Origin: Candidatus Aminicenantes bacterium
GTDB lineage: Bacteria > Acidobacteriota > Aminicenantia > Aminicenantales > JAFGBC01
DNA length: 64,000 nt
Reading direction: 5' to 3'
NCBI GenBank assembly: GCA_963702005.1
Contig: OY969696.1
Coordinates: 1,824,001-1,888,000 of the forward strand
The notes beneath the pieces are model-generated. The model saw only the letters and a program-made list of their open reading frames with translations. It was not told where the DNA came from and made no database searches. Numbering within the stretch: position 1 is the first letter of the stretch; each line of letters starts with the position of its first letter. Both the position numbers and the translations under genes were made by a program. Shown piece after piece: positions 8,930-17,814 of the stretch.

Positions 8930-10607
8930 TTCGGCGTCTACTACGGCTATGTCCCGGTCGTGGATTACGCCCTCAAGAACGGCTTCGACCTCAACGTCAA
9001 GGACCGCAGGGGCCTGACGCCCGTCTGGTTCTCGGTCTCGGGGAGCCGGCCGGCCATGTTGAGAAAGCTGATCGCGCTCGGGGCCGACCTTTCGATCAAG
9101 AATCCCCAGGGCGATAACATGTTGTTCCGCGCCGTCAGCGCGGGCAACGCTGAGGTCGTCGGCATCCTTCTCGATAACGGCTTCCAATCCCAAATCCAAG
9201 CCAAGAACGGCTGGGGGGCGACCCCGATCGTCTATGCCGCGCGCGCCGACGCCGTGGACGTCATGAAGCTCCTGGCGGCGCGCGGGGTGGACCTCAGGGC
9301 TTCCTCGGAACCCGGCTTCTCGCTCGTCCACCATGCCGTTCTTTCCGGAAAGGCGGACGCCGTCCATTATCTGCTGGACTACGGCTTCGACGTCGACGCC
9401 AAGGGCGAGGGGGGAGCGACGCCTCTCATGCTCGCGGTCGATTTCGGCAACAGGGATGGGGCGCGGGCCCTGGCCATGAGGGGAGCCGACGTCAACGCGG
9501 CCGACGGCAGCGGCGTCACGCCCTTCCTTCTCGCCGTCAAGAAGGGGGACAAGGATCTCGTCGAATTGTTCCTGAAAAAGGGAGCGAACCTGGGCGCGGT
9601 CGATCCGAGGTCAGGCAAGACCGTGCTCCACGAAGCGACCCTCCGGGGATATGCGGGCGTCGTTGAAACGCTGTTGGCCCGCGGCATCCAGAAAAACGCC
9701 AAGGACAAGGACGGCTACACCGCGTTATCCTATGCGCTGAAATACGGGAATAAGACCGCGGCCGACCTGCTCCGCAAAAGCGGCGTCGAAGATGTCCCCT
9801 GGGAGACGAACCTCAACGACTCCGCGATCCTGAACAAGCCGCTGAAAAAAGGCGAAGCTACCATCTGGTATCTCAAACACTCCGGGTGGGCGATTAAGAC
9901 CAAGTCCGCGGTCCTCGTCTTCGACTACTGGGACAACGACCCGGCTCCGGACGAGAAGCTCCTGGCCAACGGCCATATCCGTCCGGAAGAGCTGAAGGGC
10001 TATCCCGTCTACGTTTTCGTCAGCCATGACCACGGCGATCATTTCGATCCCCAGATCCTCGACTGGAAGCGGACCATCCCTAACATCACCTATATCTTTG
10101 GGTTCGAGCCTGAATCCAAGGAGGGGATCATCTCGCTCGCCCCGCGCGTCCAAAAGACGATCGGCCCCCTGACCGTGACGACGATCAAGTCCAACGACGC
10201 GGGCGTCGGGTTCGCCGTTCAGCTGGACGGCCTGACCATCTTCCACGCCGGCGACCACTCCAACAACACGCTCGAGACGGCCGGCAACGACTTCTTCCCG
10301 GAGATCGATTTCCTGGCCGCGAAGGGGATCCGGCCCGATATCGCGTTCTTCCTCAATATGTACGGATGCGGCTCCACGAACCCCGAGGCCTTCCAGAAGG
10401 GCATCTTCTACGCCGTCGATAAGCTGAAAATTAAGTCCGTCCTCCCCATGCACGGCGCCAACAAGGAATGGGTCTACGGGAACCTGGTCGAGGGCGTCGC
10501 CAAGAATAACGTCAAAGTCCAGGTCGGAGCGGCCGTCAACCAGGGAGATCGCTTCTTCTTCCAGAAAGGGATGTTGAAGAAATAGCGGGCCGCCGCCCCC
10601 CTTGTCC

Positions 10608-10681
10608 TTGACCCATTCGCCGAGGCTCAGGGTTACCCCTATACAAGCCCCCGCTTGATAACCGGGTGTCGAGGGGTTGAC
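10608..10681. repeat. Short TTGAC-flanked palindromic element (copy C)
   Basis: TTGAC CCATTCGCCGA...GTCGAGGGG TTGAC; same termini as the elements at 24198 and 24674. Confidence 0.75.
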
Positions 10682-10706
10682 ATCGAACCGGCACCGGTCC
10701 TATTAT
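10677..10706 (+). promoter_or_regulatory. Sigma70-type promoter whose -35 is the element's right TTGAC
   Basis: TTGACA-18 bp-TATTAT upstream of the CHAP gene. Confidence 0.6.
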
Positions 10707-10754
10707 TTTAAGTCGAGGGGCGGTATCAATTATCAAGAGAATCGAGGTGTAACA

Positions 10755-11525
10755 ATGTCGTTGTTGCTTAAGAAGGGGGACATGGGAACGGGAGTCGCGG
10801 AACTCCAGATGCTTCTCATCGAGCGCGGATATCCCGTGGCCATTGATGGAACTTTCCTGTCGGATACGTACCGGGCCGTAAGGGCCTTCCAGGCGCAAAA
10901 CCTGGATCAACACGGCCAGCCCCTGGTCGTGGATGGAGTCGTGGGCCCGCTCACCTGGTGGAGCCTGACGCACCCCAAGCCGATTATCGAAACGCCGAGC
11001 GCGATAGATTTTCAATCGATGCCGGCCGCGGGAATGGGGGGAAGCGCTCTGGGCCGCGCCGCCCTGGCCGCCGCCATTGGAGAATTGAATGCCGGAGCCG
11101 GCGAGGTCGGCGGGGACAACCGGGGTCCTTGGGTGAAGAAGTATCTGGAACCGGCGGGGCTGGAAGAAGGCCAATCATGGTGCGCGTCGTTCGTGAGCTG
11201 GTGCTATCTTCAGGCCTGCGCCGGCGACCCGGCCAAGATGCCGTTCGCCTATACGCCCGGCGCCAGGGCTTTGCTGAGTAAGTTCAAGAAAAAGGGTTGG
11301 GCTTATAAGCCCAACAGCGGCTATCAGCCCTCTCCGGGCGATATCGTGGTCTGGTGGCGGGAAAAGCTCGAAGGCTGGCTGGGGCATGTCGGGTTTGTCC
11401 ATCAACTCAAGGACGGTATGCTCTATACGATCGAAGGGAATAAAAGCCCTCAGGTCCGGGGATTCTCCTACGTGATGAGCCGTATCGAAAACCTGTTGGG
11501 TTTCGGACACGTGCCCGAGGTTTGA
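10755..11525 (+). CDS. Peptidoglycan-binding domain + CHAP amidase
   Basis: ATG after GAGGTG; LKKGD.G..V.ELQ...AVRAFQ...DGVVGPLTW, then WCASFVSWC, GHVGFV and IEGN. Confidence 0.85.
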   Translation: MSLLLKKGDMGTGVAELQMLLIERGYPVAIDGTFLSDTYRAVRAFQAQNLDQHGQPLVVDGVVGPLTWWSLTHPKPIIETPSAIDFQSMPAAGMGGSALGRAALAAAIGELNAGAGEVGGDNRGPWVKKYLEPAGLEEGQSWCASFVSWCYLQACAGDPAKMPFAYTPGARALLSKFKKKGWAYKPNSGYQPSPGDIVVWWREKLEGWLGHVGFVHQLKDGMLYTIEGNKSPQVRGFSYVMSRIENLLGFGHVPEV

Positions 11526-11554
11526 TCCCATCATCCGCGGATTCGCGGGCCGTT

Positions 11555-13045
11555 TCAGTCGAGAGTTTGGTAAACGAAGTCGTCTATCTTCAGGACGCCG
11601 GCGCCCCGGGCGTAGATCCCCAGCTTCAAGTGCGAGAATCCTCCAAGTATGTTCTGGTGGTAGCCGGAGACTTCGAGTGAATAGGGGTAGGGCGTCCAGC
11701 GCCGTCCGTCATCGCTATAGGCCGTCGACAGGTCGAACTCGTTCATCCGGATCCTGAGATATTTGAACTCGGGCGCCTTGATTTTCTCGCCGGAGATCTG
11801 CCCCTTGGCGAGGGCGTAGACTTCCCCGCCTTTGATCCCGATCCCGGCGAAAGCGCCGTCATCGTAGTAGGCGATAAGCCCCGTTTCCACGTCTCCTTCG
11901 GTTTCCAAACGCACCGACGCCTCGTAGCCGTGGTCGCCGACCGTGGCGTGCAGGACGCGGAGCCTGTCGGGCCTGGATTCGATTTCCAGCCGGCCGTCCT
12001 TGATCCTCTGATCGCTTAGGGAGTCGAGCCCCGAGAATTGCCACTGGAGCTTGAGCTCCTTCCCGGAGAAGTCGTCCGGTTCGATAACGACGTTAGGGAA
12101 CCTTTGGGTCGGGCCTTCGTGCCGCGCGTCTCGGACGGTCTTGAACCATCCCTCTCCGGTCCATTCGATGGGCTCGATGAGCGTGTTCCGGCCCAGCGGA
12201 TAATAGCCGTTTTCATAGGCATGGTAGACGATATACCAGCGGCCGGCTGCGTCGGAGAAGATCGTGCCGTGTCCTTTGGACCACCACCGCTCCGACCGGC
12301 TCCAGGTGTGGACGACCGGGTTGTAGGGGCTGTTCTCCCAGGGGCCGAGCGGGCTCTTCGACCTGGCCGAGACGGCCATGTGTCCCGTCGAGGGGCCGGC
12401 CGTCCCTCCCTGGGCCGTCGTCAGATAGTAGAAGCCGTCCCGGAAGGCCAGCTTGGGCGATTCGAGATAAAAGCCTTCCACGACCCAATCCTTAGGATAG
12501 GCCCAGCCTTCGTAGACGCGCTTCGGCTCCCCGCGCACCGAAAGGCCGTCCGGGGCGAGCTCCACGACCCTTCCGCTATCCAGGTAGAGGTAGCGTTTGC
12601 CGTCGGGAGTGGAGACATGGCCCGGGTCGATGCCTCTGACCGTAAGGTCCACCGGTTCGCTCCACGGTCCGCGGGGCGAGTCGGCCGTGACCACCCAGTT
12701 TGTCCCTCCGGCCGGGAAGTAGATGTAGAACTTATTTCCACATCCGGCCAAATCGGGCGCCCAGACGTCGCCCACGTTTCGATGAAGGGCGTAACCTACT
12801 CGCTCCCACCGCTTCAGGTCCTTCGAGTGCCAGACAAGAAGGCCCGGGAGATAGCGGTAGGAGGAGTGGGTCATGTAGAAATCGTCTCCCACTCGCAGGA
12901 TCGAAGGGTCGGCGTGGTCGCCGGTCAGCACGACGAGGATTTCGCCCTTATCCCGACTATCGCCGGATCGAGACGGCAAAACGAATCCTAAGAAGATAGA
13001 TGTCAGAAAAATGATAGCGGCCGAAACGGTCGCCTGTGATTTCAT
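11555..13045 (-). CDS. GH43 beta-xylosidase/arabinofuranosidase, secreted
   Basis: Start reassigned to MKSQATV; DHADPSILRVGDDFY, WAPD, GIDP, ESPK and GHG motifs; C-terminal beta-sandwich. Confidence 0.9.
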   Translation of the reverse strand: MKSQATVSAAIIFLTSIFLGFVLPSRSGDSRDKGEILVVLTGDHADPSILRVGDDFYMTHSSYRYLPGLLVWHSKDLKRWERVGYALHRNVGDVWAPDLAGCGNKFYIYFPAGGTNWVVTADSPRGPWSEPVDLTVRGIDPGHVSTPDGKRYLYLDSGRVVELAPDGLSVRGEPKRVYEGWAYPKDWVVEGFYLESPKLAFRDGFYYLTTAQGGTAGPSTGHMAVSARSKSPLGPWENSPYNPVVHTWSRSERWWSKGHGTIFSDAAGRWYIVYHAYENGYYPLGRNTLIEPIEWTGEGWFKTVRDARHEGPTQRFPNVVIEPDDFSGKELKLQWQFSGLDSLSDQRIKDGRLEIESRPDRLRVLHATVGDHGYEASVRLETEGDVETGLIAYYDDGAFAGIGIKGGEVYALAKGQISGEKIKAPEFKYLRIRMNEFDLSTAYSDDGRRWTPYPYSLEVSGYHQNILGGFSHLKLGIYARGAGVLKIDDFVYQTLD

Positions 13046-13232
13046 GCTAGATATCTTATCACCGCGCACGCGGGAAAAACAGCGGCCCGGCGGGCTTGAC
13101 ACGCCGGGCTTCGGAAGGATATGTTCGGGGTGCTCGGGGCGGGAAAGCTCCGGCCGAAAGGAGAGATCCATGAAGCCCATGGGCCGAAAAGGGAAGGACA
13201 ATCCGAGAATCGATGCGGCCGGAGGCTGTCCC

Positions 13233-14771
13233 ATGCGCGGCGTCAGCCGGCGCGAATTTCTGACCGGATGCGCGGCCTGCGCGGGCGCGGCCGGCTTGAT
13301 GGGCGCTCCATCTTGGCTCAGGGCCGTTCCGGGGGGTTCGGGCCGCGATAAGCTCCGCATCCGCGTCATCTACGCCCTTCACACCGGAGTCCAAGACCGG
13401 CCCGACTGGCCCAACCTCGGGTTCGACTTCCGCCCGGTCATGGAGCGGACAACCTCGGAGCTCGTCAAGCGGCTTCCCGAGTTCGAGTTCCTGCCGGCGA
13501 CGGCGACCGGCCCCGAAGAAGCCCAGAAGCTTCTCGAGGCCGATAAGGCCGCTCCCGCCGACGGATTCCTCGTCATGCAGCTCAACTGCTGGAACCAGGT
13601 CGCCCAGACGTTCGCGGCCTCGGGCCGGCCCGTTCTCTACGCCGACTTCAAATACGCCGGAAGCGGGGGTTTCCTCGTCTACACGGCCGGGTTCCTGCGC
13701 GCCGGCGTCAAGAACGTCGGCTTTGTAGCTTCGTCCAGGATCGAGGATCTCGCCGCGGCGGCCCGATGTTTCAAGGACGCAGCGTCGGGCGGCCCCGGAT
13801 ACGATTTCGACTCGGCGACGGCCCGCGTCAGGATCGCGGCGACGCCCCGGCCCGGAGATCTTGCCTGCTTGCCCGACCCCGTCAAGACCCTCTCGCCCCA
13901 GGAGACGGTCCGCCGGATGAAGGCCTCGAAAATTCTAGCCGTCCGGGATGACAAGACGGGACCCGAAACGACTCTCATGGGCATTCCCATCGTCCAGATT
14001 CCCTTCTCCGTAGTCAACGAGGCCTGGGCGGCTGCGGACAAGGATGAGGCGCGGGCGATCGCCGACCGCTGGCTGAAGACGGCGGCCCGGGTCGAGGGCG
14101 TCAGCCGCGAGGAACTCATCAACTCGGCGGCCATGTACCTCGGCGAGAAAGCTGTCCTGAAAAAATACGGCGCCAACGCCATCACCGTTAATTGCCTGGG
14201 CGGATTCTATGGCGGGCACATCCACGCCTATCCCTGCCTCGGCTTCCACGAGCTCAACAACGAGGGTTCGGTCGGCGGCTGCGAATGCGACGTTCCGTCG
14301 GCCTCGGCCATGGTCGCCGTCGGGATCCTGAGCCAGGGGCGGCCGGGGTACATCTCCGACCCGGTCATGGACACGGCGAACCGACGGATCATTTACGCCC
14401 ACTGCGTGGCTTCCAATAAAGCTTTCGGGCCGCGCGGCGCAACGAACCCGTTTGAGATTCTGACCCATTCCGAGGATCGGCAAGGCGCCGCGGTCCGCTC
14501 GCTCCTTCCGGCCGGTTACATGACGACATCGGTCGAAGTGTCCGAAGCCCGCAAAGAGATACTTCTCCACCGGGCCAAGGCCGTCGGGAACGACCCCGAC
14601 GACCGGGCCTGCCGGACCAAGCTCGTCGCCGAACCCGTCGGAGATTTCGAGAAGATGTTCCGGATGTGGGACGTCTGGGGCTGGCACCGGGTCACGTTCT
14701 ACGGCGACCTCGAAGGGCCTATTCGCGGTCTGGCTGATGCGCTAGGCTGGACGGTCGTCGCCGAGGCCTAA
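13233..14771 (+). CDS. Tat-signal protein with an L-fucose-isomerase-like C-terminal region
   Basis: GGAGG RBS and SRREFL Tat motif; AITVNCL, YPCLG, CECD, AHC, CRTK and HRVTFYGD. Alternative start at 13170. Confidence 0.6.
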   Translation: MRGVSRREFLTGCAACAGAAGLMGAPSWLRAVPGGSGRDKLRIRVIYALHTGVQDRPDWPNLGFDFRPVMERTTSELVKRLPEFEFLPATATGPEEAQKLLEADKAAPADGFLVMQLNCWNQVAQTFAASGRPVLYADFKYAGSGGFLVYTAGFLRAGVKNVGFVASSRIEDLAAAARCFKDAASGGPGYDFDSATARVRIAATPRPGDLACLPDPVKTLSPQETVRRMKASKILAVRDDKTGPETTLMGIPIVQIPFSVVNEAWAAADKDEARAIADRWLKTAARVEGVSREELINSAAMYLGEKAVLKKYGANAITVNCLGGFYGGHIHAYPCLGFHELNNEGSVGGCECDVPSASAMVAVGILSQGRPGYISDPVMDTANRRIIYAHCVASNKAFGPRGATNPFEILTHSEDRQGAAVRSLLPAGYMTTSVEVSEARKEILLHRAKAVGNDPDDRACRTKLVAEPVGDFEKMFRMWDVWGWHRVTFYGDLEGPIRGLADALGWTVVAEA

Positions 14772-15153
14772 TCGCTGATCCAATTCATGCGCTGAAGCCA
14801 TTTTTCCCCACATAAAAATTGATTAGCTTCATCCTCAATAGAGGTATTCTCATAGGTAATTTTCTTAAGTGATCATTTCTAGCCCTCAAAAAGTCCATTT
14901 AGAGTTTTATTGAGGCCACTAGACTTAGTTAACTACTTCCTATTAAATAAGATGCCCAGGTCCGACCCCATGATAACAAGATAATCAAACAGGCGGCCGG
15001 GATTATCGCTCACCGGCGAATTGAATTATCCCCATAATGCTGCAATAATAAACGAATTATGAACGCCCGCATCCGTCGACCGAGAAGAAGGGAGAGCTGG
15101 CGAAAGGGGATTCTTAAGCCCCCGCCTTCACCCCTCTGAATGGGAGGTTCAGA

Positions 15154-16677
15154 ATGCCCGCAGACTCTAAATTTATGACCGCGCAGATCACGGTCCATCC
15201 TCGCCCCCATTTCGGCCTATTCGCGAGGCTTGCAAGCGCGGCCCTGGCCCTGGCCTTCCTGGCCGCGTGCGCCACCATGGGCGACATCACCAAAAGGACC
15301 GCGGATTCGCCCTCGCATCCCTGGGTGCCGCCCCCTAAAGACGTGAAGCCGCCAGCGCCCCTTCCTGCCCCCATCGTTCCCGCCGAACTTCAAACCGCGG
15401 GGCGGGCCTGGACGCTGAATGATATTGTCGACGTGGGCCTGGCCAATAACCCTCAGACGCGGGCGGCATGGAATACCGCCCGGGCTGCTTCAGCAATCAT
15501 GAGCATTTCCCTGGGCGCATACCTTCCCCAGATCAACATGACTCTCCCCGCCACCAAGCAGAAGATGGCCTTCGCGGGCGGCCGGTTTATCGTCGACCAG
15601 ATGACCTTGACCCCGACGGCCAGCCTGAACCTCCTGCTCTTTGACTTCGGGGGACGGGAGGCCGGCGTCCAATCGGCGCGCTGGGCCTTGGAAGCGGCCA
15701 ATTGGACTCAGAACGCCGTTCTCCAAAACGTCATCCTCCAGATCGAGAGCGCCTATTACCAATACCTTGCCGCGCGGGCCCTGCTCGAGGCCCAGGAGGC
15801 AAACCGCAAGGGCGCCCAGGCCAATTATGAGGCCGCGAAAGCCCGTCACCAAGCCGGATTAGCCACCATCGCTGACGTCCTTCAGGCTAAAACCGCCCTC
15901 TCCTCGATCGAACTCCAGATCGTGACGACGCGCGGGCTCATCCAGACGTTCCACGGAGCCTTGGCCAGCTCGATGGGGTTCCCGGCCGACGCGGGATTCG
16001 TCGTATCCGACGAGCTTCCCGAGAGCATCCCGTTCGAGGCCGTATCCAAGCAGGTGGAACTTTGCATCAAGGACGCGGAGGCCAGGCGGCCTGATCTGGC
16101 AGCCTCGCGAGCGCGGGTCCTCGAGGCCGAGGCCGGTGTCCGGAAAGCCCGGTCGACTTTTTTCCCGAACTTCTCGCTGAGCGGCAACATCGGCCGTATC
16201 TATTATCAGGGCAATCCCGTTTCGAACCCCTTCTACGCGATCTCCATTTCGGTCAACCTGCCTTTCCTTTTCGGCTTGCAGGAATACCAGGTCCTGGCGG
16301 CCAAGGCCCAGGCCGAAGCGGCCAAGGACCAGATGACGGAGCTCGGCCGCGGGATCGAACTTCAAGTCTGGACGAGCTATTACGGCATCAAGACCGCGGA
16401 GCAGAAAATCCTGACCGCCCGAGACCTCCTGGAGAGCGCCCAAGCTTCCTACGACGTCGCCTTCGGCCGTTATAAAGAAGGCGTCGGCAGCATCCTCGAC
16501 CTGTTGGCGGCCCAGGCCGTCCTCGAAAGCGGCCGTGTTCAGCTCGTCCAGGCCGAGGCCGACTGGTTCCTGGCCCTCGTCCAATTCACGCATGATACCG
16601 GAGCCCTGGAGCCGCCCTCGGCGCCGGCCAAGTCCGGCCCCCAGCCGAGTTTCGAGAAAGGAGATCACAAGCCATGA
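15154..16677 (+). CDS. TolC-family outer membrane efflux lipoprotein
   Basis: LAAC lipobox; LANNP, RRPDL and RYKEGVGSILDLL motifs. Confidence 0.9.
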   Translation: MPADSKFMTAQITVHPRPHFGLFARLASAALALAFLAACATMGDITKRTADSPSHPWVPPPKDVKPPAPLPAPIVPAELQTAGRAWTLNDIVDVGLANNPQTRAAWNTARAASAIMSISLGAYLPQINMTLPATKQKMAFAGGRFIVDQMTLTPTASLNLLLFDFGGREAGVQSARWALEAANWTQNAVLQNVILQIESAYYQYLAARALLEAQEANRKGAQANYEAAKARHQAGLATIADVLQAKTALSSIELQIVTTRGLIQTFHGALASSMGFPADAGFVVSDELPESIPFEAVSKQVELCIKDAEARRPDLAASRARVLEAEAGVRKARSTFFPNFSLSGNIGRIYYQGNPVSNPFYAISISVNLPFLFGLQEYQVLAAKAQAEAAKDQMTELGRGIELQVWTSYYGIKTAEQKILTARDLLESAQASYDVAFGRYKEGVGSILDLLAAQAVLESGRVQLVQAEADWFLALVQFTHDTGALEPPSAPAKSGPQPSFEKGDHKP

Positions 16678-17801
16678 AGACTCCCCTTGACAAGTTCATC
16701 AGACTGGCATCGTCAGCGGCGGCGGTCGCGGCGATCCTTTGGGCCGGGGCCTGCTCGTCCTCCGGGAAAAAAGCGTCCGGAAGGGCCACCGCCGGAAGCC
16801 CCGTGTCCGTAGTCCCCGTCCTTCAAAAGGACGTACCGCTCGAGATCGCCTCCGTCGGCCGGGTCGAGGCCATAACGACGGTATCCGTCAAGGCCCAGGT
16901 CAGCGGAGAGGTCACGGGCGTCTATTTCAAGGAAGGCCAGGCCGTCAGGAAAGGAGACCGGCTGCTCGCGATCGACCCGCGGCCTTTCGAGATCGCCCTG
17001 AAACAGGCTGAATCCCTGCTCGAAAAGGACCGGGCGCTCCTCCGGAATGCCCAGGCCGACGTCGCTCGCTACGCGGACCTCGTCCAGAAAGATTACGTGA
17101 CCAAGCAGCAGTACGATGCACTGGTGGCCAATCGGGACGTTCTCACCGCCGCGATCAAAGCCGACGAAGCGAACGTCGCCAACGTCCGCCTGCAGCTTGA
17201 TTATTCGACCGTCCGGTCGCCGATCGACGGCCGGACCGGAAGCCTCCTGATCGACGTGGGCAATATCATTAGGGCCAACGACGTGAGCCCGGCCGTCGTG
17301 ATTTACCAGACGACGCCCATCTATGTCACGTTTTCGGTCCCCGAACAGCACCTGCCCCGGATCAAGGAGTTCATGGCTAAGGAGCCGCTGAAGACGGCGG
17401 CCATTCCGGCCGCGAATGGAGAGCCGTCCCTATCGGGAATATTGACCTTCATCGACAACGCCATCGACCAGGCCACGGGGACGATCATGCTCAAGGCGAC
17501 CTTCGACAATCGGGATGGAGCTCTCTGGCCCGGCCAGTTCCTCAACGTCCGCCTGACCCTGGCCACGGAAAAGGGCGCCGTCGTCGTCCCCTCCCAGGCC
17601 GTCCAGACCGGGCAGGCCGGCCAGTACGTGTACGTCGTTAAAGACGACCTGACCGCCGAAATGAGGCCGGTCAAGGTCGCCCGGGCCTACGGCGAGGAAT
17701 CCGTCATCTCTGAAGGCCTGAAGCCCGGAGAACGCGTGGTGACGGACGGGCAGCTTCGCCTCGTTCCCGGGGCGCGGGTCGAGGTCAAGACCGGCCGCTA
17801 G
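16674..17801 (+). CDS. RND periplasmic adaptor (MdtA-like)
   Basis: VKAQVSGE...EGQAVRKGD.L..IDP, VRSPIDG and LWPGQF motifs. Confidence 0.92.
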   Translation: MKTPLDKFIRLASSAAAVAAILWAGACSSSGKKASGRATAGSPVSVVPVLQKDVPLEIASVGRVEAITTVSVKAQVSGEVTGVYFKEGQAVRKGDRLLAIDPRPFEIALKQAESLLEKDRALLRNAQADVARYADLVQKDYVTKQQYDALVANRDVLTAAIKADEANVANVRLQLDYSTVRSPIDGRTGSLLIDVGNIIRANDVSPAVVIYQTTPIYVTFSVPEQHLPRIKEFMAKEPLKTAAIPAANGEPSLSGILTFIDNAIDQATGTIMLKATFDNRDGALWPGQFLNVRLTLATEKGAVVVPSQAVQTGQAGQYVYVVKDDLTAEMRPVKVARAYGEESVISEGLKPGERVVTDGQLRLVPGARVEVKTGR

Positions 17802-17814
17802 GAGGGAAGGCGCC

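Larger units (their letters stand above)
8138..10585 (+). pseudogene. Secreted ankyrin-repeat + MBL-fold hydrolase gene, interrupted by IS at 8324-8929
   Basis: TTG start after GAGGAGG. Removing the IS rejoins MTPLH|FGVYYG in frame (613 aa). Ankyrin repeats are followed by HSGW...HDHGDHF...FHAGD...PMH. Confidence 0.85.
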
